Assembly: GCA_963765675.1 (NCBI GenBank)
Contig: CAVXXK010000001.1
Location: forward strand, 2,016,001-2,080,000
Length of the DNA: 64,000 bases
Direction of reading: 5' to 3'
Origin: an uncultured delta proteobacterium
GTDB lineage: Bacteria > Desulfobacterota > Binatia > Binatales > Binataceae
Shown here: positions 29,814 to 39,130 of the stretch, in pieces
Layout: each line of letters starts with the position of its first letter
Position numbering within the stretch: position 1 is the stretch's first letter
Position numbers and translations under genes: made by a program
Notes under the pieces: model-generated
Told to the model about the DNA's origin: nothing
Database searches by the model: none
What the model saw: only the letters and a program-made list of their open reading frames with translations

Positions 29814-30863
29814 ATGAGCGACGCGATGCTCTTGCTCGAGCTCAACTACGCCAAGTGCAAATGCTATCTCATTGCGTCGCGCGCGTCGCGCAAGGCCGCG
29901 TTGGTTGATCCGCGGCGCGACGAAATTGCGCGCTACCTTGGCGTTCTCGCCTACCACCGCCTCGATCTCGAATTCGTTATCGATACGCATACTCATGCTG
30001 ACCACCGCAGCGGCGCGACAGAGCTCTCGGATCTGACCGGAGCGGCGGTGGTGATGCATCGCCGGGCGCCGTCGCCGCAGGTTGCGATTCACGTCGACGA
30101 TGGGCAGACGCTTGCGCTCGGCGACACGATCCTGCGCGTGCTTTATACGCCAGGTCACACGCCCGATTCGATAAGCCTCCAGGCGGATGGTCATGTGCTC
30201 ACTGGTGATTGCATGCTGATCCACGGAACGGGACGCGCGGACTTCGCCGGGGGCGACGCCGGTCAGCAATACGACTCGATCACCTCCCGTTTATTCACGC
30301 TACCGGACGCGACAGTAGTTCTGCCCGCTCATGATTACCGCGGCCACAGGCAATCGACGATTGGCGAGGAAAAGCGATCGAACCCGCGGCTGGCTGGAAA
30401 GACCCGCGCAGAATATGTCGCGATAATGTCCAACCTTGGACTGCCGCTGCCCGACGGAATCCAGGAAGCGCTGCAGCCGAATCAGTCCGAGGTCGAGGCG
30501 GGACAGATTAAATTTCCGGATCTTGCGCAACTAAACGCGGTGCGCCAGCTCACACCTCTGGAGCTTCGCGACAGGATGGCTGGAGCGAACCCGCCGGTAT
30601 TGATCGATGTGCGCGGGGCCGGCGAATTCAGCGGCGAGCTGGGCCATATTGCAGGTGCGATTCTCTTCCCGCTCGCGGAATTGGCCGATCGCGCCGGCGA
30701 ACTCATGCAATTTCGCGAGCGCGATATCGTCGCGATCTGCAGAGTTGGCGTTCGCAGCGCCACCGCCGCTGCGATTTTGACCGGTCTCGGTTTTGATCGA
30801 GTCTGGAATCTTAAGGGCGGGATGCTCGAATGGGTGGAGGCGAGGATGCCGGTCGAGCGTTGA
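29814..30863 (+). CDS. MBL-fold persulfide dioxygenase (ETHE1-like)-rhodanese fusion
   Basis: 'DTHTHADH','TPGHT','GTGRADF','PAHDY','EK..NPRL' plus a C-terminal rhodanese 'DVR...EF','CRVGVRS','LKGGM..W'. Confidence 0.9.
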   Translation: MSDAMLLLELNYAKCKCYLIASRASRKAALVDPRRDEIARYLGVLAYHRLDLEFVIDTHTHADHRSGATELSDLTGAAVVMHRRAPSPQVAIHVDDGQTLALGDTILRVLYTPGHTPDSISLQADGHVLTGDCMLIHGTGRADFAGGDAGQQYDSITSRLFTLPDATVVLPAHDYRGHRQSTIGEEKRSNPRLAGKTRAEYVAIMSNLGLPLPDGIQEALQPNQSEVEAGQIKFPDLAQLNAVRQLTPLELRDRMAGANPPVLIDVRGAGEFSGELGHIAGAILFPLAELADRAGELMQFRERDIVAICRVGVRSATAAAILTGLGFDRVWNLKGGMLEWVEARMPVER

Positions 30864-30897
30864 AAAAGAAGGCGCGCCTGACAAGGGAACAATCAAT

Positions 30898-31296
30898 ATG
30901 ACCGCAGAGCTGAAAGTCGCGGAACTGGATCACGTCGTGCTGCGATGCCGTACAATCGAGCGCACGCTGGATTTCTACACTCGCGTTCTGGGTCTCAGCG
31001 AAGAACGGAGGATTGTACAGCTTGGTCTGATACAGCTACGCGCGGGACGCGGCATGATCGACCTCATTCCCGCCGAGCATCCACGCGTAGACGACGGCGC
31101 GAATGTCGATCACTTCTGCCTCGGTATCGAGGCGCGCGATCTTGCGGCGGTTGCCGCGGAACTCCGGCAAATTGGCGTCGAAGTGATGGGCGAGCCGGTT
31201 CAGCGTTACGGAGCACGCGGGATGGGGCTATCGCTTTACATACGCGATCCAGAGGGAAACGTCGTCGAGCTCAAGCAGATGCCGGCGCAGGCGTAG
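30898..31296 (+). CDS. VOC/glyoxalase family protein
   Basis: 'LDHVVL','FY..VLG','DHFCL','SLYIRDPEGNVVELK'. Confidence 0.9.
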   Translation: MTAELKVAELDHVVLRCRTIERTLDFYTRVLGLSEERRIVQLGLIQLRAGRGMIDLIPAEHPRVDDGANVDHFCLGIEARDLAAVAAELRQIGVEVMGEPVQRYGARGMGLSLYIRDPEGNVVELKQMPAQA

Positions 31297-31353
31297 CGCG
31301 GAGTCTCGCGCACGCCCTTGTTTTTGACTGCCGAGACACTAGAATCCTAGCGT

Positions 31354-32562
31354 TTGCCGACCGTGGAGGTGGGTTTCTTGAAGACTATCAAACTTGCTCG
31401 AACCAGAAGCTTCGCGATAGCGGCGCTGTGCGCGGTGATCATCGTCGGATGCGGTCATACGCCGCAGCGCGCGGCAGGGAACTATCTCGATTCGCTCAAG
31501 CTGTTCAACTATCCCGCGTGCTACCAGGCGCTGACGCATCAGGACCAGGTCGATCGCACGATGGACCAGTTCCTGAGCGAGATTCCGCTGGCGCCCGACG
31601 TCAGCAAGGACTGGTTCAAGACCGTCCTGCACGCGGTCGATTTCGAAGTTGGCGACACCAAGGTTGATGGCGACAAGGCCAACGTCGTGGTGCACGTGAC
31701 GCGACCCGATCTGCCGCTGTGGGAGCGCACGATCGACGCGACGCTCGGACCCAACGACACGCCAGACGCGGTCGCGCAGAAGCAAATCAACGACAAGAGC
31801 TACCCGAAGCTGACCTACGACGACAATATCGCGCTGGTGCAGCAGGGCGGCGAATGGAAAGTCTTCGTGGATTTTCCGAACCAGGACAAGATCAAGAAAA
31901 TCCACACTGACGCGATCGCCGCGTATCATCAGCATGACTACGATAAGGCGATCGGCCTGTATCAGCAGGCTATCGCTGAGCTCGATAAGGAGCAGGCCAC
32001 CGGCAACGCCGGCACCAAATTCATCTACAATCGCGAGCTGACCGACGTTCAGAACGCAAAGAACCAGATTCCCGACGCGCAGGCCTATATCCCAAAGATC
32101 GTGCTGTCCGACGTGGACATGAAGATGTCGGAATCACGCGTGCCGGCGATCTTCGGCAAAATGACCAACAGCGGTGACAAGGCGATCGACGAGGTTCAGT
32201 TCACCGTCACCTATTCGGAGGGCAAGGGCAAAAAGAAGCAGCAGGTCTTCACCGAAGTTCATGTGCCGATCGCGACGCCGCTCGAGTTCACCGATTTCGC
32301 GCGTCCCGTGCTGCCGTTTGTTCCGGGTGAGACGCGCAATTTCGGCTTCAAGCTGACCGCGCCGCCCGACATCCAGCAGAAGGCGACGCCCGATCTCAAC
32401 GTGACCTCGATCGTCTTTACGCAGTCGAGTGCGCCGCTGCCGAAGCCGCCTACACCGACTCCGTCTGAGACGGCAACGCCGGCCGCTGCCGCGTCTCCGG
32501 CCGCCAGCGGAGCGCCGTCGCAGGCAGCTCTGCCGCCGCCTCCTCCGCCGCAGAAGAAGTAG
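31354..32562 (+). CDS. Hypothetical lipoprotein with NTF2-like, TPR-like and beta-sandwich segments and a Pro-rich tail
   Basis: Lipobox-like 'IIVGC'; 'AYHQHDYDKAIGLYQQAI' TPR-like; strong GC3 codon bias; start uncertain. Confidence 0.7.
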   Translation: MPTVEVGFLKTIKLARTRSFAIAALCAVIIVGCGHTPQRAAGNYLDSLKLFNYPACYQALTHQDQVDRTMDQFLSEIPLAPDVSKDWFKTVLHAVDFEVGDTKVDGDKANVVVHVTRPDLPLWERTIDATLGPNDTPDAVAQKQINDKSYPKLTYDDNIALVQQGGEWKVFVDFPNQDKIKKIHTDAIAAYHQHDYDKAIGLYQQAIAELDKEQATGNAGTKFIYNRELTDVQNAKNQIPDAQAYIPKIVLSDVDMKMSESRVPAIFGKMTNSGDKAIDEVQFTVTYSEGKGKKKQQVFTEVHVPIATPLEFTDFARPVLPFVPGETRNFGFKLTAPPDIQQKATPDLNVTSIVFTQSSAPLPKPPTPTPSETATPAAAASPAASGAPSQAALPPPPPPQKK

Positions 32563-32670
32563 GCTGCGCAACCGCTGACACGATCCCGAACCGCGCCCGC
32601 GTGCCGGAATTTCCGGCGGCCGGCGCGGTTCGGCTATTATCGGGGGTGCGCCCAGCGCGCGGATCTCAAT

Positions 32671-33579
32671 TTGCCAACCACGATCACGGTCGCGATTCCG
32701 ACGCACAACCGGGCTGCCACGCTCCGCGCGACGCTCGGCGGTATAGTGGCGCTCGCGATTCCGGCGGGCGGCGAGCTCGATTGTATCGTGGTCGACAACG
32801 GTTCGACCGACGCGACACCCTCCGTGGTCGAGGCCTGCGCGAAATCCGCGCCCTTTCCGATCCGCCGCGTGTTCGAGGAGCGCCTGGGCTCGAGCTTCGC
32901 CCGCAATCGCGCGATCGTCGAGTCACAATCCGAGTTTATTTTCTTTATCGACGATGACGCGCTGGCGGAAACCTCGTGGGCGGCCGAGATGCTCTGCGCG
33001 ATGAATGAGCGCGCGCTCGACGGCGCGTGTGGACTGGTCCTGCCGCGATGGACCGCTTCGCCGCCGCCGTGGCTCGGGCGAAGCCTGTGGGTCAAGCTCG
33101 CGGTGCATGACCGGGAGCGAATCGAAGCCGAGCCCGCGGAGCGCGCGGAGAATCTTGCGAATTATTTCAGCGCCAACGTAGGTCTCAGGCGCGACGCGAT
33201 TACGCGGTTCGGAAATTTCCGCGAGGATCTTGGCAACGTCGGCGGCAATCCGATGTCGGGCGAGGACACCGAACTGTTCGCGCGCATAATCGCACGCGGC
33301 GGACGGATGGGTTTTGCGCCGCGCGCGATCGTCAATCACCTGATTCCCGCCGAGCGGATGACGCGCAAGTACCTGCGCCGCAAGAGCTTCGCGTATGGCG
33401 TCGGCAGCGCGTTCGCCGCCGGGCGGCATCATAATCATCCGGGCAAGCTGATTCGCAATGCCGCCCGGATGGCCGCCGCCGCAGTGCGCGGCGACTCCGA
33501 GCGCGCGATCTTTCATGAACTGGAATGCGCAAATTTCTTAGGCTACTGGCGCGGCCGGATGCTCGTGCGGAGGAAATGA
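32671..33579 (+). CDS. Glycosyltransferase family 2
   Basis: 'IPTHNR','VVDNGSTD','ARN','FIDDD','GEDTE'. Confidence 0.92.
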   Translation: MPTTITVAIPTHNRAATLRATLGGIVALAIPAGGELDCIVVDNGSTDATPSVVEACAKSAPFPIRRVFEERLGSSFARNRAIVESQSEFIFFIDDDALAETSWAAEMLCAMNERALDGACGLVLPRWTASPPPWLGRSLWVKLAVHDRERIEAEPAERAENLANYFSANVGLRRDAITRFGNFREDLGNVGGNPMSGEDTELFARIIARGGRMGFAPRAIVNHLIPAERMTRKYLRRKSFAYGVGSAFAAGRHHNHPGKLIRNAARMAAAAVRGDSERAIFHELECANFLGYWRGRMLVRRK

Positions 33580-33593
33580 CCTCGCGCCCTGTG

Positions 33594-34004
33594 TTACTTC
33601 AGGTACGCGAGCATCCTGCGTTTTAGAATTTCCGCGAGGTACGGAATCGTGTTCATCGCGGCGAGCTCGTTAGGCTTTACCCACGACGACTCGACGTGCT
33701 CGTCGGGCCGCAGCCGCACAGCCTGATATACGCTGAGCCGGCACGCGTATATCACTTGCAGATACGGCTGGCCGATCATGGTGTTGATGCCGAGCAGCCC
33801 CTCGAGCGCGACGTCGAGCGCGGTCTCCTCTTTCACCTCGCGCAGCAGGCACTCCTCGGCGCTCTCGCCGATTGCCAGATGCCCTCCTGGCAGATCCCAC
33901 GCTCCCGGAGCGTAGCGCATCGTCGGCGCGCGCCGCAGCACCAGCATTCGCCCCCGGTTTGCAATCACGCCATGTACGCCAACATAGAACTGCGCTTCCG
34001 CCAT
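33594..34004 (-). CDS. Nudix hydrolase
   Basis: 'WDLPGG.L..GES...CLLREVKEET' Nudix box. Confidence 0.9.
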   Translation of the reverse strand: MAEAQFYVGVHGVIANRGRMLVLRRAPTMRYAPGAWDLPGGHLAIGESAEECLLREVKEETALDVALEGLLGINTMIGQPYLQVIYACRLSVYQAVRLRPDEHVESSWVKPNELAAMNTIPYLAEILKRRMLAYLK

Positions 34005-34131
34005 CGCTATTTCGCCTCTGGATACACGGACCTAAAACTACGCGCCGGTCCAATGCTGCGCTACATAAGTGTGATGAAGTTCTAGTTCCGCCATTCCCCC
34101 GACATTGCCGCATGATGGGTTTTTTCTTATA

Positions 34132-34208
34132 CCCTCTCCCTCCGGGAGAGGGCGACGCGGCGCGGCGATTGCTCTTTTTTAGCAATCGCCGTGACGCGTG
34201 GGTGAGGG
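34132..34208. repeat. REP-like palindromic element
   Basis: CCCTCTCCC-tcc-GGGAGAGGG, internal hairpin CGGCGATTGCT/AGCAATCGCCG, terminal GGGTGAGGG. Confidence 0.7.
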
Positions 34209-34326
34209 TGCTGCTCTGCTGCCAACAAGGCCGATCGCAATCGAGGGTTCCCATTTTCCGCGCTGATTGTCGTATGACACCCGCGCGCAGTAGGATTCGC
34301 GTGCGATTTCGAGAGAGGGAGCGGCG

Positions 34327-35556
34327 ATGGAAAAATCCGAATTCTTTCGCGACGCGCGCAGCGATATCCCCGGCCCGCTGGCCGGCGTGCGCGTCCTTGA
34401 AGCGACCACCAGCTGGGCCGGTCCGATGTGTGCGTGCGTGCTCGCCGATCTTGGCGCCGACGTGATCAAGGTCGAAGATCCGCAGGGCGAAGTCGCACGC
34501 CGCCTGCCGCCATTTCTGCCCGATACGAATCCGCCGGTCAGTTTCGCGCAGGCCACCGTCAACCGGAACAAACGCAGCCTGACCCTCGATCTGCGCACGC
34601 CGCGCGGCCGCGATATTTTTCTCGCCCTCACGCAGCAAAGCGATATCGTCGTGCAGAATTTTCGTCCCGGCACGCTCGACAAGTGGGGCGTCGGGTTCGC
34701 CGAATGCCGCCGCGTCAAGCCCGACATCATCTACGTCTCGATCAGCGGCTTCGGGCAGTTCGGCCCGATTCACGATCGCGTCGGCTACGATCCGCTGGCG
34801 CAGGCGCTGTCCGGCTTCATGTCGCTCAACGGCGCCGTTGACGGCAGCCCGATCAAGGCGCCGACTTTCCTGTGCGACGATCTGGCAGGACTGCACGGCG
34901 CGATCGCCGCGCTCGCCGCGCTGCGCCATCGCGCGACGACCGGCGAGGGGCAGCATTGCGACGTCGCGCTGCTCGACGCGATGCTCTTTCAATCCAACGG
35001 CTATCCGACTTTGGGCGCGCTCGGAATTGCGCCGCCGAGGATGGGCAACGAGTTCGGATTCTCGGTTCCGACGAACACCTTTCATTGCCGCGACGGAATC
35101 GTGATGCTGGGGACGCTACTCGATTCGCACTGGAAGGTGCTGGCGCGGATCGTCGGCCGGCCGGAGCTTGGCGACGATCCGGAATACGCGCGCATCGCTC
35201 AGCGCATCACGCATCGCGGCGAGTGCAATGCGATGGTTGCGCGATGGTGCTCGGAGCGCACGGTCGAGCAGGTGGTCGAGATTTGCGCGCGCGAGGCGAT
35301 CGCGTGCGAACCAGTGCAGACCTACGGCGATGCCGCGCGCGATCCACACGTACTCGCGCGCGACATGATGCAGCCGGCTGTGCAGGAGGGTGGGGCGAGC
35401 GCGCCGATTGTAGGTCCGCCAGCAAAGTTCTCGCGCACGCCGACACGCGTTCGGACCGGGTCCGCGCCGCTAGGCGCGCACAACGACGAGATCCTGGAGG
35501 CACTCGGTATCGACGCGGCCGCGCGCAAACGGCTCAAAGCGGACGGCGTCATCTGA
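34327..35556 (+). CDS. Family III CoA-transferase
   Basis: 'PLAGVRVLE....WAGP','NRNKRS','SISGFGQ','GYDP.AQA'. Confidence 0.92.
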   Translation: MEKSEFFRDARSDIPGPLAGVRVLEATTSWAGPMCACVLADLGADVIKVEDPQGEVARRLPPFLPDTNPPVSFAQATVNRNKRSLTLDLRTPRGRDIFLALTQQSDIVVQNFRPGTLDKWGVGFAECRRVKPDIIYVSISGFGQFGPIHDRVGYDPLAQALSGFMSLNGAVDGSPIKAPTFLCDDLAGLHGAIAALAALRHRATTGEGQHCDVALLDAMLFQSNGYPTLGALGIAPPRMGNEFGFSVPTNTFHCRDGIVMLGTLLDSHWKVLARIVGRPELGDDPEYARIAQRITHRGECNAMVARWCSERTVEQVVEICAREAIACEPVQTYGDAARDPHVLARDMMQPAVQEGGASAPIVGPPAKFSRTPTRVRTGSAPLGAHNDEILEALGIDAAARKRLKADGVI

Positions 35557-35564
35557 TCGCGCGC

Positions 35565-37127
35565 TCAACGGCCCCATCCGCCACCGCCCGGAGTTTCGAT
35601 TCTCACACGGTCGCCCGCGCCGAGCGATACGTTGGTTTTGGCGGGCAGTTTTCTCCTGCGGCCGGCGCGCACCAAAAAATTCGCGCCTTTCGCACCCTCG
35701 CCGCCGCCGGCCAGTCCATACGGCGCGATCGTCCGGCGCTCAGTCAGGAGACTCACGCTCGAATCGACTAGGCATTCGAGCTCGCGCACCAGTCCGTCGC
35801 CGCCGCGCGCGCGTCCGCGTCCTCCAGACCCATGCCGGATCCGGTACTCGGTTATCCGCATCGGGTAGTACGCTTCGAGCGCTTCGATCGGCGTGTTAAG
35901 CGTGTTGGTCATGTGAGTATGAATTCCCGACGCTCCGGGAATTCCGGGAGCAGCGCCTGCACCGCCCGCGATCGTTTCGTAGTAGGAAAAATGGCGCTTG
36001 CGAAAACTATCGAAGCCGCCGACGGTGAGATTCGACATCGAGCCCGAGCTCGCCGCCGGAATCCGATCCGGCGCGGCTTTAGCCAGTGCGCGAAACAGCA
36101 CGTCGACGATTCGCTGCGAGGTCTCGACGTTTCCGCCCGCAACCGCTGCCGGTGCGAGCGCGTTGACGATCGAGCCGGGCGGCGCGATCAGTTCGATCGG
36201 GCGCATCAAGCCTTCGTTGGCCGGCACCGCCTCGGTAGCGAGGCATTTCATCGCATAGAACGTCGCCGAGAGCGTGATCGCATAGTTGGCGTTGACCGAT
36301 CCGCGCACCTGCGGAGCGGAGCCGGTGAAATCGACGATCGCGCGTCCGCCGCCGATTCGGATCGCAACCTCGATCGGAATGCGCGTCGTGCCGACGCCGT
36401 CGTCGTCCAGAAAATCGCGCGCGCGATAAGTCCCGCGCGGCAGGTCGCGCAGCGCCGCAGCCATCAGGCGCGCGGAATAATCCTTGAGCGCATTCATCGA
36501 GGTTGCGACTGTCGCGCGGCCTGTGGTTTTCACCAGCGCGCGCAGACGGTCCGAACCGACGCTCAGCGCGGCAAGCTGCGCGCGCAGGTCGCCCTCGCGT
36601 TCCTCGCTCACGCGAGTGTTCGCCAGGAACAGCGCCAGCACGTCGCGTGAGATCACGCCCGCTTCGACTATCTTCACCGGCGGCAGCCGGAAACCTTCCT
36701 GGTAGATTTCGGTCGAAAGCGCCATCGATCCCGGCGCCATCCCGCCGATATCCGCGTGATGCGCCCGGTTCGCCGCGTACGCGAACGGGCGGGTCTCGCG
36801 GCCGAGAAATATCGGCGTGACGACTGTCAGGTCCGGCAGATGAGTACCGCCCGCGAACGGATCGTTCAGCGCGGCGACGTCGCCGGGCCGCATATCGAGC
36901 CGCGCGACCGCGGCGCGCACCGAGAGCGGAGTTGAGCCCAAATGAACGGGGATATGGGCCGCCTGCGCAACCAGCTCGGCGCGCGAGTCGAAGATCGCGC
37001 ACGAGTAATCGCGCCGCTCTTTGATATTGGGCGAGAACGCGGTCTGGCCGAGCACGACGCCCATCTCGTCGGCAATTGCGGAGAGTCGGCTGTTCATCAC
37101 CGCCAGCGCGACCGCGTCTAGTTTCAT
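35565..37127 (-). CDS. Hydantoinase B/oxoprolinase family
   Basis: 'SPNIKERRDYSCA','HIPVHLG','NDPFAGGTHLPD','HHADIGG','ETPGGGG'; ATGA overlap with the A subunit. Confidence 0.93.
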   Translation of the reverse strand: MKLDAVALAVMNSRLSAIADEMGVVLGQTAFSPNIKERRDYSCAIFDSRAELVAQAAHIPVHLGSTPLSVRAAVARLDMRPGDVAALNDPFAGGTHLPDLTVVTPIFLGRETRPFAYAANRAHHADIGGMAPGSMALSTEIYQEGFRLPPVKIVEAGVISRDVLALFLANTRVSEEREGDLRAQLAALSVGSDRLRALVKTTGRATVATSMNALKDYSARLMAAALRDLPRGTYRARDFLDDDGVGTTRIPIEVAIRIGGGRAIVDFTGSAPQVRGSVNANYAITLSATFYAMKCLATEAVPANEGLMRPIELIAPPGSIVNALAPAAVAGGNVETSQRIVDVLFRALAKAAPDRIPAASSGSMSNLTVGGFDSFRKRHFSYYETIAGGAGAAPGIPGASGIHTHMTNTLNTPIEALEAYYPMRITEYRIRHGSGGRGRARGGDGLVRELECLVDSSVSLLTERRTIAPYGLAGGGEGAKGANFLVRAGRRRKLPAKTNVSLGAGDRVRIETPGGGGWGR

Positions 37128-39130
37128 CGGCCTGCCTCCAGATGGAGATTGCCGTAATCGTCCGTGCGCATCGTGAATTCCGGCGCGATATATGCCGTCG
37201 AACTCAACTCGACGACGATCGCGGGTCCGTGGATTCGCGCGCCCGCACCCAGCGCGTCGCGCGAATAGATCGGAACGTTTCGTGCGCGCTCGCCCACCAG
37301 CACCTGCCCGTGCGAGATCGGCGACGGCGCTCCGCGCTGTGGCGCAATCCGGGCAATCGGCACGGTGACTGCGCCAGCGTGGGCGCGCATTCTGATATTC
37401 ACGACCTCGACCGGTGCGTCCGGCGTCGAATGTCCGAAAGCGCGCCGATGTGCGGCGTGGAATGCACCGACAAAATCGCGCGTCAGCGGAATCTCGAGTT
37501 CGTACGATTGTCCAAGGTAACGCAGGTCGAGATGAATCTCGGTCATGATCGCGGATGGCGCAACGCCCTCGACGCGAAGTTCGGAGCGCGCCCGCCGCTG
37601 CATCACCGAGGCTCGCGCGACAATTGTCCGATACGATGGGTTGGCAACGCGCACCGTCAGCGAATATTCGCGTCCCAGCGGAGCGCCTACCGCGCCCCAT
37701 GCGCAAAGAAGGCCGGGGTTTCGCGGCATCACGATCCGCCGGATTCCCAGGTCGAGCGCCAGTTCCGCCGCGTGCATGGGTCCGGCGCCGCCGAACGCGA
37801 GCAGCGCGAAGTCGCGCGGGTCGAATCCGCGTTCTACCGTGATCACACGGATTGCGCGTTCCATGTTCGCATTGACTACGCGAATCACGCCGCGCGCGGC
37901 TTTGAGTGGCGTCGTTTTCATCGCGCGGGCAATTGACCCGAGAGCGCGCGCCGCGCGGTCCGGGTACAGGCGCATCGCGCCGCCCAGAAAATTCGTCGCG
38001 ACCAGCCGCCCTGCGAACAGGTCGGCATCAGTGACCGTCGGTGCGATGCCGCGTCCGTAGCATGCGGGTCCGGGATCGGCGCCGGCGCTCTGCGGCCCGA
38101 CGCGCAGCGATCCTCCCGCGTCAACGCGCGCGATCGATCCGCCGCCCGCGCCGACCGTGTGGATATCAATCACCGGCGTGCGGACGGCGTAACCGCTGGG
38201 ATAGCTGAGCGTGCGAATTTTCGCGCGCCGGTCGAACAGCGACACGTCGGTCGAAGTCCCGCCCATGTCGAACGTGATGAAGCGGTCGGTGCCGATCTCG
38301 CGCGCCATCGCGGCCGCGCCAATCACCCCCGCGGCCGGGCCGGACAGAATCGTGCGCACCGGCTCGGCGCGCGCTAGCGCGGAGCCGATCGCGCTGCCGC
38401 CTGATTGCATGATTCTGAGACGCGCGCCGGAAAGGCGCCGCTCGAGATTCGCCAGATGCGTCGCCATCCGCGGCGCGACATATGCGTTGATGACGGTTGT
38501 CGAGAAGCGCTCGTATTCACGGTATTCAGCGAGAATTCGATGTGACACAGACAGCGGACGCCCAAGCGGCGCGAGCGCGCGCGCGAGCGCGTTTTCACTC
38601 TTGGGATTCGCGTAGGAATGCAGCAGGCAAATCGCAAACGCCTGAGCGCCGCTGCGGTCGGCGGCGCGGCGCACGCGATAGAGTTCCGCGTGCGTCAGCG
38701 GCAGCAGGATCTTCGCGTCAAAGAGAGTGCGCTCAGCGACTCCGATTCGCCGCACGCGCGGCACCAGCGGCTCGGGCCGCGAGGGCGCCAGCGCGTACAG
38801 GTCGTCGCGATTCTGGCGCCCAATCTCGATTAGATCCTGGAAGCCCGCGTTGGTGACAATCGCAACTCGCGCACCTTTCCTCTCGAGCAGCGCGTTGGTC
38901 GCGACGGTTGAGCTGTAGGTGAGGAGATCGGGACGAACGCCCGCAAGCATCGCATCGAGTCCGCTGATCACGGCGGCGGCGGGATCGTCCGGCGTCGAGA
39001 GAACTTTGTGCACGCGCAGGCGGCCTTCCACGATCGCGACCAGGTCGGTAAAGGTGCCTCCGGTATCAACGCCGACCGTGATCGAATTAGCGCTACGGGT
39101 GGCGCGGCGATGCGGTTTCGCGCGATTCAC
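37124..39130 (-). CDS. Hydantoinase A/oxoprolinase family
   Basis: 'GVDTGGTFTD','LSGPAAG','DMGGTSTDV','GAGGGS','SAGADPGPACYG'; GTGA overlap with the upstream ADH. Confidence 0.93.
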   Translation of the reverse strand: MNRAKPHRRATRSANSITVGVDTGGTFTDLVAIVEGRLRVHKVLSTPDDPAAAVISGLDAMLAGVRPDLLTYSSTVATNALLERKGARVAIVTNAGFQDLIEIGRQNRDDLYALAPSRPEPLVPRVRRIGVAERTLFDAKILLPLTHAELYRVRRAADRSGAQAFAICLLHSYANPKSENALARALAPLGRPLSVSHRILAEYREYERFSTTVINAYVAPRMATHLANLERRLSGARLRIMQSGGSAIGSALARAEPVRTILSGPAAGVIGAAAMAREIGTDRFITFDMGGTSTDVSLFDRRAKIRTLSYPSGYAVRTPVIDIHTVGAGGGSIARVDAGGSLRVGPQSAGADPGPACYGRGIAPTVTDADLFAGRLVATNFLGGAMRLYPDRAARALGSIARAMKTTPLKAARGVIRVVNANMERAIRVITVERGFDPRDFALLAFGGAGPMHAAELALDLGIRRIVMPRNPGLLCAWGAVGAPLGREYSLTVRVANPSYRTIVARASVMQRRARSELRVEGVAPSAIMTEIHLDLRYLGQSYELEIPLTRDFVGAFHAAHRRAFGHSTPDAPVEVVNIRMRAHAGAVTVPIARIAPQRGAPSPISHGQVLVGERARNVPIYSRDALGAGARIHGPAIVVELSSTAYIAPEFTMRTDDYGNLHLEAGR

